Source: an uncultured Ignavibacteriales bacterium
GTDB taxonomy: Bacteria > Zixibacteria > MSB-5A5 > GN15 > JAAZOE01
Reading direction: 5' to 3'
Length of the DNA: 64,000 bases
Assembly (NCBI GenBank): GCA_964611355.1
Contig: CAZSYD010000011.1
Coordinates: forward strand, 1 to 64,000
Shown piece by piece: positions 23,508 through 32,701 of the stretch. Numbering within the stretch: position 1 is the stretch's first letter; each line of letters starts with the position of its first letter. The position numbers were made by a program, and so were the translations under genes. A model generated the notes under the pieces. That model was not told the DNA's origin, did not search any database, and saw only the letters and a program-made list of their open reading frames with translations.

Positions 23508-24422
23508 TTACCTTAACAGGATAGTAAACGTGAAACGGTGTGAATTGCCCAAATCGGATTTATAAGGGACAAAAGCATAATCGATTCTAAAGGTATCGTA
23601 CACGAATCCGGCACCCGCGGAAAAATCCCGGCTGTCATAACCGGTCTGATAGCCGGTGCGAAGATACAGCGATTCTTCAATGAGATACTCCGCCCCAAGA
23701 TGAAAATGACCGTCGCCTGATTTTATGTTGACGTAATCAGCGGCAAGATAGAGTTGATCCCGCGCATAACCAACGCCGGTGCGATAGATCGTCGGCAACT
23801 TTTCTTTTTCGTCGATGAAACTGAATTTCGGACCGAAATTGGAGACCGAGGCATGAAAAGCCGGGCCGAGACTCGTATAATAGATCGCCCCCAGGCCAAA
23901 AGCGCCGTTGCTGCCCCGGTGGATATCAATCTTTTCCATCAACCATCCGAGAGACAGACCGGCCTGAAGTCGAGGCGCAACCTCAATCGCGGAAAACAAC
24001 TTAACGGCAAAATCGCAGGCGTTGAAGGTATAATCCGGTTCGCTGGTAGGGGAATCGCCGCGCGCCTCAATGTCTCCCGAAGAAGAAAGCCGAATATGAA
24101 CGCCGAAATCAATTCCCTCAGCGGGGAAAATAGCCGCCAGGGCATTGGTATTCCTATCACGGATAAAGCTGTTATGCGAAAAACCAAACCGTCCCCTTTG
24201 CAGACCGACGATGGAGGCCGGGTTGAATTCCAGGTTAAACGGATCATGATCGAAAAGCTGTGGCGTCTCACCCATAGCAGTCTGCCGGGCGCCGGTCAGG
24301 TTAAGCATTTCCACCATGCCGGTACCGGCCCAAACAACCGGAACTGAAGCCATAAAATAATAAGTTAATGCAAGCAGTAGAATTTTTGCCATCGGTCTGA
24401 TCATTTTCCCATTACCTGACAT
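23508..24422 (-). CDS. PorV/PorQ (FadL-like) family outer-membrane beta-barrel
   Basis: Signal peptide, GARQTAMG...FNPAS motif, LRTGY, FRIDYAF, HRFTF C-terminal strands. Confidence 0.8.
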   Translation of the reverse strand: MSGNGKMIRPMAKILLLALTYYFMASVPVVWAGTGMVEMLNLTGARQTAMGETPQLFDHDPFNLEFNPASIVGLQRGRFGFSHNSFIRDRNTNALAAIFPAEGIDFGVHIRLSSSGDIEARGDSPTSEPDYTFNACDFAVKLFSAIEVAPRLQAGLSLGWLMEKIDIHRGSNGAFGLGAIYYTSLGPAFHASVSNFGPKFSFIDEKEKLPTIYRTGVGYARDQLYLAADYVNIKSGDGHFHLGAEYLIEESLYLRTGYQTGYDSRDFSAGAGFVYDTFRIDYAFVPYKSDLGNSHRFTFTILLR

Positions 24423-25405
24423 TAAAAGACAACATCAAACGAAACCAGAACGTCATCCCCCTCGCCTGCCTTATCGAACAGATACGAGAGATCAATCATA
24501 ACGGCGAATTCTTCCATTCTCTTAAACAAGCCGAACCCGAAAGTCGGATGGAAATCATCCAGACCGGCGCGCAGCATCAAACTCCGATTGACATCGTACT
24601 CGCCGCCAAAATGAGTCTTAAGCATCGAGACGCTGTTGACTTCAACGTCGGCGGCGACAAGATATTTATTGGGGAAGGACAAAGCCGTCCCCAGACGATA
24701 ATTTATCGGGAAATTTTCCGTTACGGTTACGCCCCGTTCGCGGCCGAACCCCTGCCAGAATTCGGTCGTTATCCATCTATAATTAGCGCCGAGATTTTCG
24801 ACCGCAAATCCAGCCCTGAGCAATGGAAAAGTTTCGCCGAGAAAGGTTTTTCTCACATCCAGCTTCACCAACCCTCCCACATCAACCCCCACGGTATAAG
24901 CGCTGATGTTGCCGATGTTGTTCTGAACATAAAATGCTTTCCCACCAAGAATAATCTGAGGGATAACCTGCTTGGCGAAAATTACGCTGATCAGGTTTTC
25001 TCGATGAGAAAATTCTTCACCCGGAATGATATACCCCTGTTCGTCACGAGCTTCCAGGTCGGAAGTCCCCGCATAAGTCCAGGTAACGGCCAACGTCGCG
25101 TCTTCTTTGGCCGGAATGCCGACGGCGGCATAACCCAGGCGACGGTCGAGATGCATCACCCGGTAGGCAAACGAAACGTGATACATGCGCGATTGCGCCG
25201 CACCGGCAGGGTTGTAGAAATAACCGGCGCCCCCTTCGGCGATAGCCGTAAAAGCGCCGCCCATTGCCCCCGGTCTTCCTCCAAGAATTAAATCACGAAA
25301 TGCGCCCGGCTGGCCGCCTTTGCCATCGCTTCCGCAGAATGCCAATTGAGGAAGAAGAACCAGAATCAATAATATTAAAAACTTTTTCATATCTTTCTCC
25401 ATCAC
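24422..25405 (-). CDS. PorV/PorQ family outer-membrane beta-barrel
   Basis: Signal peptide, GGRPGAMGGAFTAIA...YNPAG, C-terminal Phe. Confidence 0.8.
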   Translation of the reverse strand: MMEKDMKKFLILLILVLLPQLAFCGSDGKGGQPGAFRDLILGGRPGAMGGAFTAIAEGGAGYFYNPAGAAQSRMYHVSFAYRVMHLDRRLGYAAVGIPAKEDATLAVTWTYAGTSDLEARDEQGYIIPGEEFSHRENLISVIFAKQVIPQIILGGKAFYVQNNIGNISAYTVGVDVGGLVKLDVRKTFLGETFPLLRAGFAVENLGANYRWITTEFWQGFGRERGVTVTENFPINYRLGTALSFPNKYLVAADVEVNSVSMLKTHFGGEYDVNRSLMLRAGLDDFHPTFGFGLFKRMEEFAVMIDLSYLFDKAGEGDDVLVSFDVVF

Positions 25406-27888
25406 GGCACAATCGCCAGACGGCCCCAGTACTTCTCGCCGGTGGAATATGAAACCTTGAAGTAATATATTCCGGTGGCTACCATGTCACCGTTACCGTT
25501 GTATCCGTCCCAGGTTTCAAAATAATCGGCGTCACCGGCGCGCGGGCGATTTTCCGCAACGACTCTGACCAGATTCATGGCGAAATCATATATTTCAACC
25601 GTAACATCGGCGGAGTTTTCCACGTGATAATGAAGGCTCAACCGGCCGTTGTTGTTAATCGGCGAAAAGGGCACCGGCGCCGCAAAAACTTCGTCTTTGG
25701 CCTCTGTCGACTTGTAATTGCGAATAACCGTCCAGTTATTCAAACTGTCAACATGACGCATGGCCAGTCCTAATTCCGTTCCAACCCAGAGAATAGTATC
25801 AGCCACTTCGACGGAATAAACCTCGGTTCCGGCGATAACCGTATCCAGCGTGACAGGATCGATGATATCGACCCGCGTCCAGTTGTCCCACGGAGAAGAG
25901 GCATAATACAGCCCCTCCGAAGCGGCCGCATAGGCTATACCGTTATGGAAAGCGAAATTCCAGACCTGCAGATCAGGTAACGCTTCCTGCCAGGTAGTCC
26001 CGAAATCGGCGCTGAATGCTATGGCGTTTTCTTGTTCGACGGTATCCGGCACGCGGCGGCAGGCCGCCCAGAGGATAGTATCCGCATCCGTAACCTGTAT
26101 ATCGAGCGCCACCACCCAGTCGCCCGGCAACCCGGAATTGGAATGTCTTCGAGCCACGGCCAGATCATGCTTTTTCGGATCGGTGTTGGCCTTAAAGACG
26201 CGCCATTCATTATTGGTAATCATATATGCGAATCCGGCGCTGGTGCCGGTATAAAGCCTGTCACCGACATAATCCGCGGTAAGAAACTCATAACTGTTAA
26301 GCGTCAGGCCCTTTGTCGGGTCAACTACCGAGAAATTAAACGAAGGAAATCCGACCAGGCCGTTCGAGCTGAGCGATAGGCCATACCGAGTGGCAATGAT
26401 CGAAGTAATGGGATCTTTTACGACTATATCGTTTACTTTGGCGAATATGGCCGTCGAATCGTTACCCAGGCTGTCAATGAGAATACCCGCATAACTGCCC
26501 GATCCGGTCTGCGGTTCAACGCCGACCCAGGTAAAACAATAATGTATGGTGTCTTCTTCCGGGGTGATAAAATCCCCGTCGGTATGCCGCACCAGCGAAA
26601 CAAAAGAACCGGATGTATCGCTTTCGGGGAAAGTAATCAGGGTATCATTGGCATCGTCTATGGTGAAAGGTTCGTTGATATACGGCGCTTTGACCAGACC
26701 GGCTTTTGTCCCGAGGTAAAGAGTATCGCCGGTCAAATCGATTGAATAAACCTGATTGCACGCCGAATCAAGATCAAGATTCATCGAATCGACAAAAAAG
26801 CGCACCCAACTTTGACCGGAATCGACGGAACGAAAAACGCCGCTGTCGCCTGCAGCGACATAAAAGGCCGAATCATGATAAAGCTTGATATCAAAAACGC
26901 CGGCGCCCGGGCCGTTGAAATAATCAACAGAAACCTTATCCCAGGTCTCCGCTGAATCGGTCGAATAATAAAGCCCGGCCCCGTTGCTGTCTTCGGGATT
27001 GAACACGCAGGCCCATAATTTTCCATCAAAAACGGCCAGCTTCCTGACAAGGTTGGCGCCCAAACCATCAGCCGTATCAACAGTAAACAACGGCGTAATA
27101 ATGCTGTCAACCGTTCGGGTAACCCCGCCCTCGTGCGCAAGATACACGGTACTGTCATCGCTGATAATATCGTAGATCCGATCCCCGCCCAGTTTGACCC
27201 GTTTGGGCAGGTAAATGAATTTGTATACCCCTTTGGCCGCTCCGGCCAGAAGCACCAGCGTGTCCTCGTGAAATGTGTCAACGACACAGGAATAAAACCT
27301 TCCCGATGCCGAGTCGGCCCATTCATTGGCTATCCAGTCGAGAGAATCGAGCGGCGAGTAGAAAAGATGAGTCCAGTTTTCCCCGAAGTCGTGACTGACG
27401 ATCAGGCCGCCGTGAAAACAGGCGGCATAGGTGCTGCTATCGGTACCGGCAATATCATAGGCCAGTTTGCCGAAATTGGAAGCTTCCGACGGGGTAAACG
27501 ACTGCCAGCTACCGCCGCCGTCGGTTGACATATTAAAGCCGTCTCCGAAAGGGTAATTGAAGCCCTGAAACGCTTCAAAATGCGACCCGGCCACCCAGAT
27601 TTGCCCGGGACGGCCGAATATGGCCGACGGATTATTGGAGTTAAGTCCAAACTCGGTAGTATCAGCGGTATAAGTTACCCAGGTTTCACCCTGATTATCC
27701 GAGCCGCTAAGGCCCTTTCCACCGGCCAGCCAGAGAATACCGTCATGATATAAAATATCGACGAATGAATTTCCAAGAAGAGATGAATCGGCAACTGCAT
27801 CAACTGAATAGATCATCCAGCCATATGCCGGTTGGATTTGAAAAGCAAGCAGCAATAATGATAAAAACAGAACCGGTTTTTTCCTCAT
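25402..27888 (-). CDS. Secreted BNR/Asp-box beta-propeller protein with C-terminal FlgD-Ig (CTD-like) domain
   Basis: Signal peptide MRKKPVLFLSLLLLAF; Asp-boxes STDGGGSW, SHDFGENW, STDSAETW, SVDSGQSW, SADFGTTW; tail PVPFSP...WDGYNGNGDMVATGIYYFKV. Confidence 0.8.
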   Translation of the reverse strand: MRKKPVLFLSLLLLAFQIQPAYGWMIYSVDAVADSSLLGNSFVDILYHDGILWLAGGKGLSGSDNQGETWVTYTADTTEFGLNSNNPSAIFGRPGQIWVAGSHFEAFQGFNYPFGDGFNMSTDGGGSWQSFTPSEASNFGKLAYDIAGTDSSTYAACFHGGLIVSHDFGENWTHLFYSPLDSLDWIANEWADSASGRFYSCVVDTFHEDTLVLLAGAAKGVYKFIYLPKRVKLGGDRIYDIISDDSTVYLAHEGGVTRTVDSIITPLFTVDTADGLGANLVRKLAVFDGKLWACVFNPEDSNGAGLYYSTDSAETWDKVSVDYFNGPGAGVFDIKLYHDSAFYVAAGDSGVFRSVDSGQSWVRFFVDSMNLDLDSACNQVYSIDLTGDTLYLGTKAGLVKAPYINEPFTIDDANDTLITFPESDTSGSFVSLVRHTDGDFITPEEDTIHYCFTWVGVEPQTGSGSYAGILIDSLGNDSTAIFAKVNDIVVKDPITSIIATRYGLSLSSNGLVGFPSFNFSVVDPTKGLTLNSYEFLTADYVGDRLYTGTSAGFAYMITNNEWRVFKANTDPKKHDLAVARRHSNSGLPGDWVVALDIQVTDADTILWAACRRVPDTVEQENAIAFSADFGTTWQEALPDLQVWNFAFHNGIAYAAASEGLYYASSPWDNWTRVDIIDPVTLDTVIAGTEVYSVEVADTILWVGTELGLAMRHVDSLNNWTVIRNYKSTEAKDEVFAAPVPFSPINNNGRLSLHYHVENSADVTVEIYDFAMNLVRVVAENRPRAGDADYFETWDGYNGNGDMVATGIYYFKVSYSTGEKYWGRLAIVP

Positions 27889-28042
27889 GAAGGCCTTCCA
27901 AAAAAACACCGCTCGCCCGTCCAAAGTACAGGCAGCGGCAAAATCGTTTCAAGCTTCCGGTATAACAACCTCACAAATCACATTAGATATTGTCTCTTCG
28001 CACCCTCCGATCGTATGGAATAAATCCATTTGACGGTTAAAG

Positions 28043-28966
28043 TCAAGCGGTAAATGGTTGCCCTGCCAGATACTCGACAACCATACCGTGCCGCAGCCCC
28101 CGCGGGGTCGCCGTGGCTTTATGTATCTTCAGTATCTTAAACAAATATCCGAGCCAGAAGGATCCGGAAAAAATGATTTCGGCCCGCTTTTTATCGACAG
28201 TTAGAAGCTGTCGGCGGCAGGGCAGGTTCAATTCGGAAAACAGGCGGGTAAAAATATCTATTTCATCCGCGGTTATAATTACACTCCTCCGCAATCTGTG
28301 AATATCTTTGTCTTTGAGAAAAGCCAGCGCCGCTGACGTTCCCCCTACCAGAGTAACCGGGTGTTTTAGATAAGGAAGAATGGTCGAAATTCTCTTATCG
28401 TAGCGGGAAAGGTAGTTATCGAATTGAGGGAATATTTCCGGGCTGACTTCTCCGGTGGCTTCAAACCTTTCGGTCAGGCTTACTGCACCGTCCGGCAGTG
28501 AGACAAAAGCAAGCCTTTTACCGCCGCAATAAACCACCAGTTCAGTCGAACCGCCGCCCAGATCGATGACCACGGCCGTCCGGTTCGATTTCAAACGGCC
28601 GACTGCGCCAACGAAGGAAAGATATGCTTCCCGGTTCGCCGAAAGGACTGCCACCCGGCAATTGAGATCAGTTTCAAGCCTCTTCTTCACTTCGCGGCCG
28701 TTTTCGGCAAGCCGAAGCGGACTGGTGGCGGCAATCAACACTTCCTCGGCGCTGTTGTGTATGGCGTGTTTAATCTGGCGCTTCAGAATCCGGCGAAGAG
28801 TATCATAGCTTTCATCGGTTATGCGCCGCCGTCCTTTTAACTTACCGCCGATACGGGGAGAATTGCGTTCGAAATGAATCTCGTCTATTTTCGTCTTTCG
28901 CCGTATTTCAAACAGTGAATAAAGAACGGAATTGGTACCGATATCAATAGAGGCGATTGTCTTCAT
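28043..28966 (-). CDS. Ppx/GppA family phosphatase
   Basis: ASIDIGTNS, REAYLSF, IDLGGGSTE, GLRHG. Confidence 0.88.
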   Translation of the reverse strand: MKTIASIDIGTNSVLYSLFEIRRKTKIDEIHFERNSPRIGGKLKGRRRITDESYDTLRRILKRQIKHAIHNSAEEVLIAATSPLRLAENGREVKKRLETDLNCRVAVLSANREAYLSFVGAVGRLKSNRTAVVIDLGGGSTELVVYCGGKRLAFVSLPDGAVSLTERFEATGEVSPEIFPQFDNYLSRYDKRISTILPYLKHPVTLVGGTSAALAFLKDKDIHRLRRSVIITADEIDIFTRLFSELNLPCRRQLLTVDKKRAEIIFSGSFWLGYLFKILKIHKATATPRGLRHGMVVEYLAGQPFTA

Positions 28967-28994
28967 TTCACTTTCGCAGATGTCGTCATACGAT

Positions 28995-29022
28995 AAACCC
29001 GGCCATAACAGGCTGGGTTTTT
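28995..29022. terminator. Hairpin, possible terminator downstream of etfA
   Basis: AAACCCGGCC-ataaca-GGCTGGGTTTTT. Confidence 0.5.
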
Positions 29023-29049
29023 GCTAATCAAAAGCTCTTGTAATTTGCC

Positions 29050-30009
29050 TTAACCGAGGGCTTCTTTGAATTTCCGGGTAAGGGCCGGCACTACGTCAAA
29101 CAGGTTACCTACAATGCCATAGTTGGCGATATTGAAAATCGGCGCATCCTTATCGCGGTTGACGGCGACAATTGTCTTCGACGAACGCATACCGACCAGA
29201 TGCTGAATCGCACCCGAAATGCCAATGGCGAAATAAAGTTTGGGGTTGACCGTTTTCCCGGTCTGCCCTACCTGATGCAGGTACTCAACCCACCCGGCAT
29301 CCACGATAGCGCGTGAAGCTCCCACCGCGGCGCCCATTGTCTCGGCCAGTTCTTCGATGAGCTTGAAGTTTTCCGAACCGCGAATACCCCGTCCCCCCGA
29401 AACGATTATATCGGCCTCGGTCAGGCTGACCCTGCCGCCCGAAGCAGACACGCGTTCGGTTACTTTGGTATTGGAGGTCAGAAGCGACTCATCGATGGTT
29501 TCAGTGATAATTTCGCCGCCGGCCTCGTCAGCCGCTTCAGGCAGAGCCTTGGGTCGCAGCGTAATAAAAAACGGCCCGTGCCGGTTATTTTGGATTTTCA
29601 GAAAAACGTTTCCCCCGTACGCCGGGCGCAAAGCGGTTACAACGTCTCCTTCCATCGAGAGACCGGTACAGTCGGAAGCCATTGCTCCGCCGCACATGGC
29701 GGCCAGACGAGCCATCAACGCCTTGCCATAAAACGTAGCACTGGCAATAACGACATCCGGCCGCTCGCGATCTATGAGAGCTTTGAGTATCCTGGCGCAG
29801 GGTTCATCATGAAAATGCTTCAAATCCTCATGAACATAAACAAAAACCTTAACGCCCCTGGAAGACAACCTGGAGGCCATTTCACCGGCATCGCCGCACA
29901 GCAGCGCCGTCGATACCTCGCCTCCCAGCGATCGGCCGGCATGAATCGGTTCAAAGCTTACGTTTGATAATGAATTATCTTTTTGTTCGGCTATAGTCAG
30001 GACCTTCAT
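29050..30009 (-). CDS. etfA: Electron transfer flavoprotein alpha subunit
   Basis: IVSGGRG, GASRAIVDAGW, QVGQTGKTVNPKLY, GISGAIQH. Confidence 0.95.
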   Translation of the reverse strand: MKVLTIAEQKDNSLSNVSFEPIHAGRSLGGEVSTALLCGDAGEMASRLSSRGVKVFVYVHEDLKHFHDEPCARILKALIDRERPDVVIASATFYGKALMARLAAMCGGAMASDCTGLSMEGDVVTALRPAYGGNVFLKIQNNRHGPFFITLRPKALPEAADEAGGEIITETIDESLLTSNTKVTERVSASGGRVSLTEADIIVSGGRGIRGSENFKLIEELAETMGAAVGASRAIVDAGWVEYLHQVGQTGKTVNPKLYFAIGISGAIQHLVGMRSSKTIVAVNRDKDAPIFNIANYGIVGNLFDVVPALTRKFKEALG

Positions 30010-30194
30010 GACAACACACTCATCCTTTCTCGGGAAATAATCTATAGACAGCCTCGGTTAATCTTCGAAACGGAAACGTTTTTTCATGGTTTCGGAAAAT
30101 ATAACGGTTGAAATCAAAGGAGCAACCGATTTTTCGCAGAGCGGCGTCCGGCCATTTCCGAAGTCATATTGAATGCAGTTGGAATCTTATTCAT

Positions 30195-31154
30195 TCAGGT
30201 TGCCATATACTCGTCCAAAAGCGTCTTAAGATCGGACAATGTATCAATTTTTGTCGCTTTCCGCCGCAAAATACTACCGCCAATCCAACCCCTCATGTAT
30301 CGCGGCAGAATACCGCGCATCTTCAGAATCGCCCGCTTTTCGCCGTTGGCATCGGCCAGCAACCGGGCGTGTTCCAATATAATATCAATCTTTTCTTCAA
30401 GCGTCGGTGGAGCCGGACTGTTGCCGGTTTTGAGATAGTAGTTAATCTCTTGAAATATCCACGGGTTGCCGATGGCGGCACGGCCGACCATGACGGCGTC
30501 ACAGCCGGTCTGATCGAACATCCGCTGCGCATCTTCGCCGCAGGCGATATCGCCGTTACCTATTACCGGGATTGAGACTGCTTCTTTCAACCTTTTAATA
30601 TCTTCCCAACGGGCTTTTCCACCAAACCCGGCGCTTCTCGTCCGGGCATGAAGAGTTACCGCCGCCGCCCCTGCCCTTTCTGCAATGTATCCCGCATCGG
30701 CAAAAATCCTGTCCGATTCGTCCCAACCGGAACGAATTTTTACTGTTACCGGCAGGTCTGTGGCCGCCACGGCCGCCTCGACCAAAGCCCGCGTTAAATC
30801 CAGGTCCCTGAGGATCGCCGCCCCGTGATTATTTCTCACAATTTTCCGGACCGGGCAGCAGAAATTAAGGTCAATTATATCCGGTTTCCATTTTGAAACA
30901 ATCAGGACTGCCCGGTGTATGATTTCCGGATCGTTGCCGAAAAGCTGGAACCCGATTGGCCGCTCCAGCGGGCCAAAGTTAAGCAGCTCAATCGATTTTT
31001 TATTATTACGAATAATTGAGTCGCTGGAGACCATTTCGGTATAAACGACGGCCGCTCCAAAGCGGCGAGCCAAAAGCCGATAGGCAGACGTTGATATGCC
31101 GGCCATAGGGGCACAAAAGACATGTCCCACGATATTTAAGTTTCCTATCGTCAT
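30195..31154 (-). CDS. dusB: tRNA-dihydrouridine synthase
   Basis: APMAG, YTEMVS, DLNFCCP, VTVKIR, HARTR, GNGDI, VMVGRAAIGNPWIF. Confidence 0.93.
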   Translation of the reverse strand: MTIGNLNIVGHVFCAPMAGISTSAYRLLARRFGAAVVYTEMVSSDSIIRNNKKSIELLNFGPLERPIGFQLFGNDPEIIHRAVLIVSKWKPDIIDLNFCCPVRKIVRNNHGAAILRDLDLTRALVEAAVAATDLPVTVKIRSGWDESDRIFADAGYIAERAGAAAVTLHARTRSAGFGGKARWEDIKRLKEAVSIPVIGNGDIACGEDAQRMFDQTGCDAVMVGRAAIGNPWIFQEINYYLKTGNSPAPPTLEEKIDIILEHARLLADANGEKRAILKMRGILPRYMRGWIGGSILRRKATKIDTLSDLKTLLDEYMAT

Positions 31155-31263
31155 GCCGACAATATAATAGGCCAGACGGTATATGGCAATATATGCATAA
31201 GTCGCTCAATTAGCGGAAGATAACTCGGAATAAACGCCTGTCCTGCGATAGGAGGAAGCGGAG

Positions 31264-31953
31264 ATGCCGGAGATTATAATCAAGTTCAATGATAAAGTTA
31301 TTGAACGCGTGGTCACGGAAAAGAAACGGATCAGTGTCGGCCGAACCAAAGATAACGACATTGTTCTTGAAAATCGGGGAGTATCCCGAAAACATGCCCA
31401 GATTGAGTTTAACAATGATGCGGCTGTGGTTATCGACAACGAGTCTCTAAACGGTACTTTTGTAAATAACCGACGCGTTTCCGAGGAACTCCTCCGTGAC
31501 AACGACAGTATCACCATTGGCAAATATTGCCTGGAATACCATCAGAACATCAATTCGCCTGACACCGTCAATCAACTGGATGGAACCATGGTCCTCAAGA
31601 CCAAACAGCAAAAGAAATTGATGGAAAACGATAAGATTGACCGGCGTATCGTTTCCCGGGTCGGCGGCAGCGTAATTGTGGGTCTGGATAATACCGACAT
31701 TTCCCAGTACCGGCTGGATCGCGAAGTGACCACTCTGGGTAAAGCCAAATTTGTTCATATCAGGGCGCGCGGGTTTATGCTTTCCGGTATTCAGGCTAAA
31801 ATCGTCAAGGATGGCGATGTTTATTCAGTGGTTAATCTGGGACGCAAGGGCAAAATCAAAGTGAACGGTGAGTTTATTGACCGGGCTCAGTTAAAAAACG
31901 GAGATATTCTACAGATTGGAAAATCGACTTTTCGCTTTATAGAGGAAAGATAA
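31264..31953 (+). CDS. Tandem FHA-domain protein
   Basis: First FHA intact (VGR...VSRKHA...SLNGTFVN); second FHA degenerate (LKNGDILQIGK); AGGAGG RBS. Confidence 0.9.
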   Translation: MPEIIIKFNDKVIERVVTEKKRISVGRTKDNDIVLENRGVSRKHAQIEFNNDAAVVIDNESLNGTFVNNRRVSEELLRDNDSITIGKYCLEYHQNINSPDTVNQLDGTMVLKTKQQKKLMENDKIDRRIVSRVGGSVIVGLDNTDISQYRLDREVTTLGKAKFVHIRARGFMLSGIQAKIVKDGDVYSVVNLGRKGKIKVNGEFIDRAQLKNGDILQIGKSTFRFIEER

Positions 31954-31956
31954 TCG

Positions 31957-32685
31957 ATGCGGGTGGCCATTTTATCCGATGTTCACGCCAACCTGGAGGC
32001 CCTGAAAGCAACTGTTCAGGATATTGAAAAACAGAATGTCGAGAAAATTCATTTCCTGGGCGACGCTGTCGGGTATGGCGCCGACCCCAATGCCTGCCTT
32101 AAACTGATAAACAATATTTGTGATATAAAGCTTCTGGGAAATCATGACTATGTTGCCCTTGGCCTGCAAAATCCCCTGTATTTCAACCAGATGGCGCGGG
32201 AATCGATACTATGGACACAGCAAACGCTGAAGCGAAAATCGATAGAGATAATGTCTGATTTCGAAATGGAGGAAACCTTTCTCGATTATCATCTTGTACA
32301 CGCCACTCCGGAGAATCCTCAGGACTGGAACTATCTTCTGACTGTCGACGACGCCCAAATCAATTTTAAATCTTTCCCGCAGGATTTCTGCTTTATCGGC
32401 CATTCGCACATTCCGGTCATTTTTTGCCTTAAACCGGATGGCGGCGTTGTCGTTATAAACGAAACTCGACATGAAGCAATACCCGGCTGCCGTTATATCA
32501 TCAACGTTGGTTCCGTGGGTCAGCCGCGCGACGGTAATAAGGACGCCTGCTACCTGATCGCCAATACGGATGATAACAGCTTTGAATTCCGGCGTGTATC
32601 CTATGACCTGGAAAAAGCTCAAAAGAAGATGGAGAAAGCCAACCTGCCGAAATTTCTTATATCCCGTCTGGCCAGCGGCCAATAA
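31957..32685 (+). CDS. Calcineurin-like metallophosphoesterase
   Basis: SDVHAN, LGDAVGYG, GNHD, GHSH, NVGSVGQPRDG. Confidence 0.92.
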   Translation: MRVAILSDVHANLEALKATVQDIEKQNVEKIHFLGDAVGYGADPNACLKLINNICDIKLLGNHDYVALGLQNPLYFNQMARESILWTQQTLKRKSIEIMSDFEMEETFLDYHLVHATPENPQDWNYLLTVDDAQINFKSFPQDFCFIGHSHIPVIFCLKPDGGVVVINETRHEAIPGCRYIINVGSVGQPRDGNKDACYLIANTDDNSFEFRRVSYDLEKAQKKMEKANLPKFLISRLASGQ

Positions 32686-32701
32686 ACGTATGAGATGAAC
32701 A

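Noticed and set aside
29050..30061. 10 bp inverted repeat TTAACCGAGG / CCTCGGTTAA flanking etfA
   Set aside because: Short, one copy includes the etfA stop codon, and there is no recombinase nearby; compatible with chance.
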